From NCBI GenBank assembly GCA_977017645.1, contig OZ360234.1, positions 60,884,001 through 60,948,000 on the forward strand: 64,000 bases of DNA, written 5' to 3'. The notes under the pieces were generated by a model, which saw nothing but the letters and a program-made list of their open reading frames with translations, was not told the origin of the DNA and made no database searches. Each line of letters begins with the position of its first letter. Position 1 is the stretch's first letter. Source of the stretch: Torpedo marmorata. Lineage: Eukaryota. Both the position numbers and the translations under genes were made by a program. Of the stretch, positions 35,545 to 48,084 are shown piece by piece.

Positions 35545-36004
35545 GCATTGTTACGTTTTCTTCTTTTTTTTGGGGGGTGAGTTTTATTAAAAAAACAATT
35601 GCATCTCTGAAGTGCACACAAAAAAATTAAATAAAAAGATTTTGATAACATATTTCTTCTGCCTTTCTGCAAACTTCTGCTAAATTAAACCACAAAAGCA
35701 GATGGGCTTGGTTGACAATTTCTTCTGCAATGTGCTAAGAGGAAGCTGGTTAAAGGTCACATTTAGAATGTGTCAGAATATACAGAGGCTGACATCAAAT
35801 CACATTATCAAATTACTTTATGTGCAACCTTAATGTGTGCAAATTGGTTGCCAGGTCTCACTACATTTCATTAATTAACTATGTGTAAAATGTTTTGACC
35901 ATCAATAATAATAGAGGTTCTGTGTGATCACTCAACGAACCAGGAACAAAGCAAAAATATTTTCGCATGTACACTTCAGGATAACATATTCTGTGTGCGT
36001 ACTT

Positions 36005-38165
36005 TTCTTTTCTTTTTTAAATCTCTTAATTAATTCCATAAAATCATGGATATAACAGTTCATTCACTATATACGTTTACAGAGAAAAAGCAAAGAAAAG
36101 CATTATCACATGTTCCATTAATCCATCCATAACAGAGTATACATTACAGATATATATCAATTTTTTTCTTTACAATTTAGTATTATAATACCAATAGATA
36201 TAAAAAGAAACAAGCCACGAAAAAAAGATAACATAGTAATTTCATCATAATACATTTTTTTATAAAAGCTAAAGCAATCTAAACTAGCCTACCACTGACC
36301 CCCACCCCAGAATTGCACTGATCTGTAGAGATAATATAACTTCAAATCATGAGGAATCATAAACTCTGATAATAGTCCATAAAGGAACCCCAAATATTAG
36401 TAGATTTTAGGTTTAATTTAATATTTGAACATCTAATTTTTTCTAATGTTAAATAGGACATTAAACTTGATAGCCAATCTTCATAGATAGGAGGATTACC
36501 GTCCTTCCATTTTGGAAGATCTGTCGCCTTGCAACCAGAGAAGAAAAAGCAATCACATGTTTTTGATTATTAGTAAGATCATGATTACTAGGATAATTTA
36601 TATCAAATATTGCTATAAATGGATTTGGATCTAATTGAGTAGCTAAAACCAAAGAAAGAGTGCAAAAAATTTTGTTCCAAAATCTAACTAACTTAGAGCA
36701 CAACCAAAACATGTGAAATAATGTACCTTCATGAACATTATATCTATCACACATAGATGATATATTTGATGTAAATTTAGCCAGTAAAGATTTTGAGTAA
36801 TGAGCTCTGTGAACTACTTTGAATTGAATTAAATTATGTCTTGCACAAATGAAGAGGTATGGATATGGTCCAAAATATTGGACCACACTGAAGGTGAAAA
36901 AACTTCTAAAAAATCTCTTTCCCAAGCCTCCTTTATTTTATCCACATGCTGTATCACATTTTCTTTTAAAAGGTTATAAAATACTGACAATGGTTTTGGT
37001 ATATCAGAAGTGATAGTAAAAACCTTTTCTATGATTACTAACTTTAAATCTAAAGGAAACTCCAATCTAAAAAAATTTATATAATTCCTAACTTGAAAGT
37101 ATCTAAAATAATTGTTTCCAGATAAGTTATACTTATTAACCATCTGTTCAAAAGTAATAAAATTAGAGTCTATATACAAGTCTTTAAATGAACATACACC
37201 GTGATCTTGCCAAATCTGGAATCCTCTATCCCCACTAGCTGGGGTAAAAAGGTATTGAAATTTATTGTACTATCAAGCAAGAAATTAAGGAAATTATTTT
37301 CTTTTCTGAATTGGAACCATATTTTTAACATTGTTTAACTATCTTGTTATTAGAAATTTTGGAATATTTAAAGGGTGAAGGCATTCCTAATATAGATACT
37401 AACGAATGTTTACCTATAACCTTCATTTCTGATTTCATCCATTTAAATCTTTCTTGATAATTCTTAAAATGTATCCCAATATTAATAAATCTAATGTTTG
37501 CAGCCCAATAATAATTCCTGAAATTAGGTAAAGCAAAGCCACCATGTGGTTTGTCATTTTGTAGTACTTCCTTTCTTACTCTTGGTCTTTTACCATTCCA
37601 AATAAAAGATGAAGTTAAAGAGTCTATTTGATCAAAAAATACTTTAGGGAGAAATACTGGAAGTGCTTGGAATACATACAAAAAGTTAGGTAAAATATTC
37701 ATTTTTATAATGTTTATACGACCAATTAAAGACATCATTAACGGAGACCACCCTTTAGTTAAATTTTTAACTTTAATCAATAGAGGAAGAAAATTCTCTT
37801 TATATAGGTGATCAAATTTCACTGTAATGCTTACCCCAAGATATGTTAAATATTTTTTAACTACCTTAAAAGGAACTTGAAATAGTAGTACATTAGGTGA
37901 TTTTATCACCATTAATTCGTTTTTACCTAAATTCAATTTATATCCCGATAAACTTCCAAATCTATCCAGTAATTGTAAAATCACTGTAACAGAATTTTTA
38001 GGATCTGAAACAAACAGCAGCAGGTTATCTGCATATATGATACTTTATTTTCCGTTCCCTCTCTTACAATGCCTATAATATTTTCTGATTGTTTAACTGC
38101 CAATGCTAACGGTTCCAAAGCAATGTCAAATAATAATGGGCTTAGTGGACATCCCTGTCTTGATA
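36005..38165 (-). mobile_element. Degenerate 5'-truncated L1-clade LINE (third family)
   Basis: RQGCPLSP at the 5' break, YAD motif, SGYKLNLGK, IGRINIIKMNILP, QFKVVHR; several frameshifts; T-rich 3' end at ~36005. Confidence 0.85.
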
Positions 38166-39504
38166 CTTTCCTTAGATGGAATTTGTGAACTTGGTCATTA
38201 TTATTTTCAAGATAAGAGAAGGTAACAATAAATAAATATCTCGGAAGGACGTGAAGAGGTAGGAAATAATCTTAGATAGTGCAAGAACTTGAGATAATAT
38301 AGGTCTGAAAAAGGAGGCGACAAATTCGGCATGTGCAAAATTATCACAGTGAATGCAGAAATCAGAATTGCTTTGTATGCTAGCCCATGTCAAGTGATTT
38401 GAAATCAAACCATGTCGTGCAATTTGAAGCAAGGTACATCCAATTATTTCTGACATTCCACTTCAAAAGTACTTTATTTTGAGACAGTTTAAAACAGACA
38501 TAGGGAGCAAAATATTAATGTAAGGCTTTTTCTTTTTGTCGATTTAATTTGAGACATTACAATAAATAACCCCAAAGAATTAGTAACATTTTACCCTTCC
38601 TTAAAAATATTTCATTTCTGAAGCAAAATGTGTTCCTCAATTAACTAAACTGCGACATTATGAAATAAATCTGAATTTTTTTAGGACTGTATTATCTTGG
38701 ATCTCATCACACTCAAGCACACATCAGATAATGAAAATCATGTCATTTTTAATGAAAATGTAATAATTCTTGCCTATTGTTACAAATTCAAACCAGCAAC
38801 GACAGAAGACGCAATGCAAAAGGGGTAAAATTGAAATTATTATTTATTAAACACAAGTAAACATATAATTTCACAACAATTAACCCCACTATAAACGTCT
38901 ATAAACTCTATTCTTATCTAAAAGGTGTGTGTGTGTGTATGTGTGTGTAAAAAGCCCAGACCATTACAGTCTGTGCCCAACCCTTATGTAAAAATGGAAA
39001 AACTTTCCCTAAAAACCCCAGGTCAGTCATAAAAACAAGTCAGTCAAAAAAAGAGAATAATACAGTCCACAAAATCCACTCTCTAAGTTCAGGCTTCAAA
39101 TTCAGCTGTGTCTGGTAGAAATACTTCTGAATGAACGTTGGAGAGAGACAATGACTGTTTATGCTTACAAATACTTGTTTTCTTCTCTGATGACGTCCCC
39201 TTCTTGGGTGTTCATAAGGATTGTCTGTTCAGATCAGTATACCACTGATTTAGGCGTATGCTTGAATCTCACAGCTAGTCTCGCTGATCTCACGCCTGTT
39301 CTCCACAGAAGTTGCTTTTTCTCAGAATTTCTCTGAGACAGGAGGCCATGTGCTATTTTGCCAGATTTTCTCTGACTATGCACAAACCTGGATTTGGCTG
39401 TGTTCTGTAGCCTTTGCAACTCACAACTGTGTGCTTTGCAGAGATCTGCCCCTGCTTTTTGCAAAAGTGCAACAATGTATCTTTTCCACAGTCTGTCTCT
39501 CTCT

Positions 39505-39537
<33 letters not shown>

Positions 39538-39656
39538 GTACACCAAGTCCTGGGGAAGTTACCTTTTTCAGTAATTGGCCCCAGTGTGTAATCCAAAAGA
39601 CTTCATCCTTCCTGCTGACCGTCCGCAGTCCAAATGGTCAGTCATGGTCCATAACA

Positions 39657-39668
39657 CCTCCCACCCAC
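39657..39668 (-). promoter_or_regulatory. Polypurine tract
   Basis: GTGGGTGGGAGG abutting the 3' LTR; identical at 17851-17862. Confidence 0.75.
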
Positions 39669-39789
39669 AAAGGAAATTTTGGTCTGCAAGAACAAAATTT
39701 AGGAAAGTAATTGAGGTGTCAGAATATAAACAAAATCTACAATGTTCATCCACAAATACAAAATATGAACTATTTTCATTGATAAAGTT

Positions 39790-42700
39790 TAACATCCAGA
39801 AAGACAATCAGCAATTACATTATCTTTCCCTTTTATATGAGTGATTACCAAATTATATTCTTGTAAAATTAGACTCCAATTCAACAACCGTCAATTCTTA
39901 TTTTTCATTTTACAAAGAAAAACCAATGGATTATGGTCAGTATACACTATGAGTGGTTTTTGAGCTGTACAGATATACACATCAAAGTGTTGTAGAGCCA
40001 ACACAAGAGCTAACAACTCTTTCTCTATAGTTGAATAATTCCTTTGATGATCATTGAACTTCTTCGAGAAGTAGGATACCGGATGTTCAATGTCCTCTTC
40101 GTTCTTCTTCTGTAACAGCACTGCACCCACAGCTTCATCGCTGGCATCCACGGCTAAAGAAAACGACTGTTCTAAATTAGGTGACTTAAGCACAGGTTGG
40201 TGGCATAACATGGCTTTCAATTTGACAAATGCTTCCTGACAACCTGTTGACCATACAAATTTTTCTTTCTTTCTAAGCAAATTTGTGAGAGGGAGCGCAA
40301 GATCAGCAAAGTTTTTACAGAACTTGCGGTAGTAGCCAATCATTCCCAGGAACCTCCTCAGAGTTTTCTTACCAGTTGGAACAGGGAACTCGGAAATAGC
40401 CACAACCTTTGCCTCTACTGGCGCCAACCTCCCCTGTCCTACTACATAACTCAGAGAATTAACAGTTCCATGACCCTCTCTGAAACTGGTTTTATCTGTC
40501 TCCTCCTTACCCCTGTCAATAACCAGTACCTCTGGTACATTTTCAGTCCCTTTGTGTGGCACCTGTTCAAAATACGGCTTAATCATATTCACATGACAGA
40601 CCTGTGTGTCTCGTCTGCGATTAGGTGTTTCTATGACATAGGTGACATCATTAAATTTTGACTTAGCTCTATAGGGTCCTGAAAATCTAGCCCTAAGAGG
40701 ATTTGAATGGATGGGAAACAGAACTAGTACGTTCTCACCAGGTTTAAAAGTTCTCATCTTTGCCTTTCGATCATACCAAACCTTCATTCTCTGTTGAGTG
40801 GCCTTTAAATTCTCCTATGTAACCGATCCTTAAATTTGGAAACATAATCGAACAGATTTAAATGCACATCACGATTAATCCACTGTTCTTTTAATAATCT
40901 TAAAGGACCTCTCACCTCATGTCCGAAAACTAACTCAAATGGACTAAAACCAAGTGAGTCTTGGACAGACTCCCTCGCTGCAAATAACAACAAATGAACC
41001 CCTTCATCCCAATCCTTTTCCTTCTCACAACAATAGGTTCTAATCATGGTTTTCAAAGTCGAATGGAACCTCTACAAGGCCCCTTGACTTTCTGGATGGT
41101 ACGCAGAGGATACAATCTGTTTAACTCCTAGTCCACCAACCACTTGTTGGAAAACGCCTGACATGAAATTACTGCCCTGATCTGATTGAATTTCCCTTGG
41201 CAAACCTACCAAGGTGAAAAACTTTACCATAGCCTTTACAATGGACTTTGCTTTTATGTTTCTCAGAGGAATGGCCTCTGGAAATCTGGTGGCTGCACAC
41301 ATAATTGTTAACAAATATTCATTCCCTGCTTTGGTTTTGGGCAATGGGCCAACACAGTCCACAATGACTCTCGAGAAAGGCTCACTGAAAGCAGGGATAG
41401 GTTGCAAGGGTGCCACCGGGGGACCCTGATTAGGTTTACCCACCACCTGACAAGTGTGACAGGCCCGGCAAAAGCTTACAACCTCCCTTCTCAAATTGGG
41501 CCAATAAAATTGTTTCGTTATCTTCCGTATAGTTTTCTTCACACCAAGATGACCACCTAAGGGTGTACTATGAGCCAAAGTTATTATTTCATCCCTATAT
41601 ACTTTAGGGATTACAACCTGCTGCACTACTGCCCATTCTTCATTGGCAGGAACATCACGTGGTCTCCACTTTCTCATCAACACCCCATCTTTTTCATAAT
41701 ACCCAACTGGCACCTTTTTAATCTCCTCTTCAGGGAGAACCTTATCCCTCACCTCAGCAAGATCAGGATCGTCCTTTTGCCTTGCTATTAACTCCTGTCG
41801 GGATAGTGACAAATCTGTGCCTTTAGGTGTCTTATCAGTGGATGGGTGTAACATAGGAGATTGCTCAACCTTTTCCAGGTTTTCTTGATTGTCAGTTTCT
41901 TTTTTTTTTACCAAGTTATTTTCCACTGCCTTCTCTACAGTGACATTTTTCTTAGACATGGCCCTGGTTATGGCACATGCCGAATAAATATCAGAGTCTT
42001 TCTCTGACTTATCAATGACTGGCTTAGTGGTCATTCGCACTGCAGGAACTACTTTACCCTTGGCCAAGTCATTGCCTAACAACAGTGAGACTCCTTCTAC
42101 TGGCAACTCTGATCTCACTCCTATTATAACTGGTCCTTCCACCAAGTCTGAGTGCAATACTATTTTGTGCAAAGGAATGGACTCTACCTCACCACCAATT
42201 CCTTTAATTAAATTTATGTCACCGGTGTCAGTAGCTTCACAAAATTCCAAGACACTATCTAACACAAGTGACTGAGCAGCTCCAGTATCTCGCAAGATTT
42301 TCACTGGAACTTGTTTTGATCCTGCCTTAACTGAAACAAAACCATCAGTCACAAAAGGTTTAAATACATCTTTAACTTTGTCAGTAAATTTATCTCCTTC
42401 CTGGGTGTTATACATCTTCTCACTCTGAATACAAGCATTAGGTGTTGCATCCTTTTCTCTCTTCTTTTTCAACACTGGACAGCTTGCTATCATATGACCA
42501 GCCTTCCTACAGTAGTGGCAAATGGGACCCGAATTGTTCTCCCTTTTCCACTTTCCTTCATCCCTTTCCTTAACACCACTTCCAAATTTACTTTCCACTT
42601 GCTTCTGATTATCCACCGTGTCCTTTTGGAAAATTCTACCTGACGTCCACTTAGGCTTGTGGGTTAAAGCATATTCATCTGCTAACTTAGCTGACTTTTG

Positions 42701-43567
42701 CTAAGTTTTCACCTCCTTTTCATCTAAGTATGCGTTAATATCCTCAGGAACACACCTTTTTATCTCCTCGATTATTATCAAATCTCTCAATTGATTGTAA
42801 TCATTGTTTACTTCCTTAGATGTGCACCACCTGTCAAAACACACAACTTTTTCATAGGCAAACTCTGTATAAGATTGGGTTGCTGATCTTTTTAAATTTC
42901 TAAACTTCTGTCTATAAGCCTCTTGAACTAACTCATAAGCCTGGAGTATAGCCTTTTTCACCGTTTCATAATCAGCAGCTTGCTCCATGGTAAGAGTACA
43001 ATAAGCTTGCTGAGCTTTTCCTTTAATTACACTTTGTAACATAAGAGACCATTGGTCTTGTGGCCATTTTAATTTCACAGCCACTTTCTCAAAATGTTGG
43101 AAGTACTTATCTATTTCTGCCTCCTCAAATGGAGGAACTAACCTAACTTCTCTACTAGCCAAAAACCCCTCAGCAGGATGACGAATTTGATTTGGGTGCT
43201 CTTCTTGTCTCCTCTCATTTTCCAACCTCATCTTTTCCAACTCATATCTCCTATTTCTCTCATCGTTCTCTAAGTCTAATCTCTTTTGTTCCAATTCCAA
43301 TTTCTTTAGTTCCAACTGTATGTTTTCAGAAGGTTTACCCTTGGAAAACTGCTCTAACACACTCTCCTCAAATTTTTTTTCTTTTATATAGTATTTGACA
43401 ATTTTTCTCCCAATCTCTGACTTTTTCATAGATGCTTTTACCGAAGCAATGCGCAACTCTGTTGCTATAGCCACTAACTGTTGCTTTTTCGCCTTTTTTA
43501 AAATATCAGGTTCAGGTGATTCCAAAAAATGTTCTACATCCATTGTTGCTGGTTTTTCGTTACACAC
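39790..43567 (-). pseudogene. gag-pol polyprotein remnant: Gag (coiled coil, SCAN-like capsid, CCHC), protease, integrase, RT C-terminal remnant/connection, RNase H
   Basis: ORFs 42701-43567, 41072-42616, 40805-41056, 39891-40787 separated by point stops or a small indel; LRDTGA, HSTPLGGH/CRAC HTC, VDCVGP-SDQGSNF-QGAL(E), AVDASD-ELLAL-YTDH. Confidence 0.92.
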
Positions 43568-43652
43568 ACATAGCTTTTAATTAGCTTTACAAAAGGAATG
43601 CCTTAAACCAAACTGGGATTCCTTCAATTACCAAGATGGATTTTGATTCAAA

Positions 43653-43670
43653 TCCTAGGACGAGCCCCCA
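43653..43670 (-). promoter_or_regulatory. tRNA-Pro primer-binding site
   Basis: TGGGGGCTCGTCC(TAGGA) 3 nt after the 5' LTR; matches the tRNA-Pro PBS TGGGGGCTCGTCCGGGAT; variants next to 24217 and 27906. Confidence 0.85.
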
Positions 43671-45467
43671 ATTTGTTACAAATTCAAACCAGCAATGACA
43701 GAAGACGCAATGCAAAAGGGGTAAAATTGAAATTTATATTTATTAAAGACAATTAAACATATAATTTCACAACAATTAACCCCACTATAAACGTCTATAA
43801 ACTCTATTCTTATCTAAAATGTGTGTGTGTAAAGCCCAGACCATTACAGTCTGTGCCCAATCCTTATGTAAAAATGGAAAAACTTTCCCTAAAAACCCCA
43901 GGTCAGTCATAAAAACAAGTCAGTCAAAAAAAGAGAATAATACAGTCCACAAAATCCACTCTCTAAGTTCAGGCTTCAAATTCAGCTGTGTCTGGTAGAA
44001 GTACTTCTGAATGAACGTTGGAGAGAGACAATGACTGTTTATGCTTACAAATACTTGTTTTCTTCTCTGATGTCGTCCCCTTCTTGGGTGTTCATAAGGA
44101 TTGTCTGTTCAGATCAGTATACCACTGATTTAGGCGTATGCTTGAATCTCACAGCTAGTCTCGCTGATCTCACGCCTGTTCTCCACAGAAGTTGCTTTTT
44201 CTCAGAATTTCTCTGAGACAGGAGGCCATGTGCTATTTTGCCAGATTTTCTCTGACTATGCACAAACCTGGATTTGGCTGTGTTCTGTAGCCTTTGCAAC
44301 TCACAACTGTGTGCTTTGCAGAGATCTGCCCCTGCTTTTTGCAAAAGTGCAACAATGTATCTTTTCTACAGTCTGTCTCTCTCTGCTCTCTCTCTCTCTC
44401 TCTCTCTCTGGGTACACCAAGTCCTGGGGAAGTTAACTTTTTCAGTACCTGGCCCCAGTGTGTACTCCAAAAGACTTCATCCTTCCTGCTGACCGTCCGC
44501 AGTCCAAATGGTCAGTCATGGTCCATAACACTATATTCTTACTTATTATCTTCCAAAATAAGAAGAGAGTTTAGGACTTCTTTTGGAAACTACTTTCACC
44601 AACTTGGTGAAATTAAACTCCAAAAAAAGTTCTAAACTCTCAGCTCATTTTGGAAAATAATAAGAACACAAGGAACAGGAGCAAGAGGATGCCATTTGGC
44701 CCATCATTCCTGCTCTGTATTTAATAAGGTCATGGCTGATCTGGCAATGGATTCAGCTCCACCTACATGCCTTTTCCCCTCAACTCTTAATTCCCCAACT
44801 GTGCAGAAATCCATCCAACTGTTCCTTCAAAATGTACGTGGGATATAGATTAATTGAGTGTAATTGGGCGTAAAATAAGTGGTAATTCTGCCTGGCCCAC
44901 AGGAAAAAGAATCTTAGGGTTGTATGTCATGTATGTACTATGACAATAAACCTGAACTGAACTTTTGAACATATGTCGGTCAGGGCCAGATCCCCACTTG
45001 GTACATGGAGTCCAGCATGGGGAAATGTTTCTGTCTATAACTGAACATGAAATGTGTCCTCCTGATATTCAAAATTTGCCATATATTCATCCCAGGTTAA
45101 GTATTTCAAATCAATAAAACTGCAACAAAATCTGCAGAAGATTATGTGCCTCTCAGCATCTCAAGGAACAGTAAAGATAGGCAATCAATGGTGTATTATC
45201 AATATTACTCAACTCAAAACATGTTACTGATGTTTGGTAATGTTTCATACAGGAAATAGTAGTATTGGGCCACAAGAGGGCACCATGGTGCTAAATAGAA
45301 TCTGGGATCAGTGAGATTTTGTATCAATCTCACAGAAGAATTGGATAAGGCCAAAAGATTTATTAAATTCAACCAGACCCAGTGACATAGTGCTGAAACT
45401 TCTCAATTTCATTACTTGGCTTTGAATGTAGCATTATTGGAAAATCTTTACAAGAAATGCACAATCT

Positions 45468-46703
45468 ATGTTCCATACGTTGATTCATTGTAGACACTTG
45501 ATCTGTTAAGTAATTTATAGCTTGAATAAAGGTAGTTGATATTTCTTGTTTACCTTGAAACAGCTGAGTTTCTTCTCCTCCACTTATCTCTTTCCTCTCC
45601 CTCCATCTCTTCTGCTTGTCTCTCCATTCCACCATACAGTTCTTTCTTTTTCCCTTTATCTTCTGAGTCAGTTGACGATGACCTTTCTTCTCCAACAATA
45701 TACTGAATTGAACGGCAGGTTCTTCTTTGGCTGTCAACCTCAGTTGACAGCTCCCGTTGCGTTTGGCTCATGCGCGTCATTTCACGCATGCGCAGTTGTT
45801 CCTTATCTTTTTGTAGTTCTCCAGTCTTCCTTCGAGCACCAGCGCTATCTTCCCCAGCTCCCCGGGAGGACGGCGCTGGCGTTACAATTGCCTTCCCCGT
45901 TCTCGTCTGCATCCCTCTGGGAGGGAGAGGAACTTGATCCCGAGGCTCCATCGCTAAGGTAGGCCGATCTTCTCCTTGAATTAAACTTTCTTTAAACACT
46001 GTTTTCTTTGACTTTTGCTCCTTCCCTTTTCTTGTAGTCACTCTTTAATCATTAACAAACACTCTTAACTTTTTTTTTAATAACCAGATAAAGTTTTATT
46101 GCAGTTTTTGATTAGTTCTGTAGGGAGAGGTGTATTTCCACGACTCCAACCTACGCCATCACGCAACCTCCTCCCAATAGATCCTATGATATTTTTGTTC
46201 GGAGATATTAAAAGAATTAGTATTAAGATGAAATTAAATATGTATCAAATAGAATTTTTGCGAATTGCTTTAGCTGTTTCTAAGAAATGTATTGCTATTA
46301 CATGGAAATCTGATGTAGATTTAGGGTTAGATAGATGGCATGCAGAACTTCGTTCAGCTATACCACTTGAAAAAATTACTTATAATTTACGTAATAAATA
46401 TCATTTCTTTTTGAAAATACGGAGCCCATATATAAAAACGGTTGGTTTAAGGATTTGAAGATTTCTGGATATCAGATCTGACTGGTGAACCTATCTTCTA
46501 CAATAAAATTAGTTTATAGTTATTCTTTTTTAGATTGACATTCTCCTTATTTTATCTTTTTCTTTCTTTCTTTTCCATTTTAGTAGATTAGTAGGGGTGG
46601 GAGGGTTAGGGGGGGGTGAAAATGTATCACATGTATTTTGATAATTTTGCATTTTATACAGTGTATTTTGTGATTTAAAAATTTTAAATAAAATATTAAA
46701 AAA
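45468..46703. mobile_element. L1 insertion with inverted 5' segment (5'UTR + ORF1 start, - strand, 45468-~46170) joined to the 3' end (+ strand, ~46171-46703)
   Basis: ORF 45550-46041 is homologous to ORF1 at 57075; 3' part is homologous to 62360-62880; 16-bp TSD AAGAAATGCACAATCT (45452-45467 / 46704-46719). Confidence 0.93.
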
Positions 46704-46894
46704 AAGAAATGCACAATCTCAGTTAAACACACCAGAAATTGGCAATGATTCAGAATTAATTAGTGTGCTTATGCCCTGACTTTCCAGGACCAGAAGCCTT
46801 TCAATTGCCTTGGATGATCCCTACCTAAACTGGTATTACCTAGGAAAGAAGGAAACTCTGAATTAATCTCAGGTTAAAAACCTAAGATCAGAAA

Positions 46895-47108
46895 GCAGTG
46901 AATATACAAACGTGCTGGAGAAACTCAGCAGGTCCCACAGCGCGTCCATAGAAGGCAAGTATATATATCCAACATTTTGGGCCTGAGCCCTTCATCAACC
47001 AGGCCCGAACTGTTGGTTCTATATCTTTGCCTCCTCTGGACGCTGCGGGACCTGTTGAGTTTCTCCAGCACTTTTGTGTTTTTATTACAATCACAGCATC
47101 TGCAGACA
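46895..47108. repeat. Fold-back Penelope pseudo-LTR relic
   Basis: GTGCTGGAGAAACTCAGCAGGTCC / GGACCTGTTGAGTTTCTCCAGCAC inverted arms around GGGCCTGAGCCCTTCATCAA. Confidence 0.75.
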
Positions 47109-47172
47109 AACTTGTTTCAGATCAAAAAGCAGGAAAATGCCATCCATCTCCTTGGCTTCCTCGGCCGTCTTT

Positions 47173-47419
47173 GGTAAAGGTAAAGTAAAGGTTCCATTAT
47201 TGTCACGTAATACTACATTTAGAATGTAACATACATGAAATTCTTTTAATTTTTGTCTACTGTAAGGCAGACAAAGGGTCGCTATTTTGTCCAGCGCCCC
47301 TCAGAAACCTACAGCACCTGGTGTTCCTTGGTGGTCTCCCCTCCAAGTACTGACCAGTCCTGTGCCTGCTTAGCTTCAGAGATCAGACAATCCCAGTCGT
47401 ATTCAGGCTATTAGTGCTG
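47173..47419 (-). mobile_element. 5S rRNA-derived SINE (second copy)
   Basis: Reverse complement of 14485-14735 including 5S head, body and (CCTTTA)n tail. Confidence 0.85.
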
Positions 47420-48084
47420 AGATGGTCATTACAAACCTTGTGTGCCAAATAGCCTGCTTCTATGCTTTGAATACGTAGATCTCCTACAGCAACACTTTCC
47501 CATCCCTTAACCCCTGTAATTTCTAAAAAATTTTGTTGTTCTTCTCTTGAAATACATCACAACTAAGCATTGATCTGGAAAATCCCAAATTTCATAATAT
47601 TCTACATGAGGAAATATATCGTTATCTCATTCCCAGATGGCCAATTCTTCACCCTGAAAATATCATCAGATACTCAGCCGGCAGAAACCTACATAAGAGC
47701 AGAAGAAAATAGAAGTAGGCCACTCATCCCTTCAAGCCTGCCCTTCCACTTAGCATAATCATAGCCTATCAGCTTCAGGCCCAATCTCTTCCCCATGCCA
47801 GAAAATTCTCTCAGCATCTACTCTTCCAAGCCCACTGAGAATGTTCCATGTTCGAACAAGGTCAACTTACATTGTCTTAAGCTTCAGTGAATGTGGGTGC
47901 ATTCATTACTGTGTTTTAGAGCTGATCAGGAACAGAAGGAGGGGATGATGCACATTTCCAAATTCGGCAACCTATCTTAATGTGAATTAAAATTCTAAGT
48001 TGCACGCAGTGCAGATATGATGCACACCAAAGCTGCATGAAGAGACTTAAATCTAAGATGAGACATTCTTGCTGCGCTGAACTC

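Larger units (their letters stand above)
38778..44530 (-). mobile_element. Uninterrupted Gmr1-like LTR retrotransposon lacking the RT catalytic core
   Basis: Near-identical LTRs 38778-39656 and 43674-44530; TSD CTAT (38774-38777 / 44531-44534); PBS and PPT present. Confidence 0.96.

Noticed and set aside
42699-42703. Programmed gag-pol stop-codon readthrough (TAG) in the LTR element
   Set aside because: The other two copies have TGG (Trp) here and the stop precedes the zinc knuckle, so it is a point mutation.
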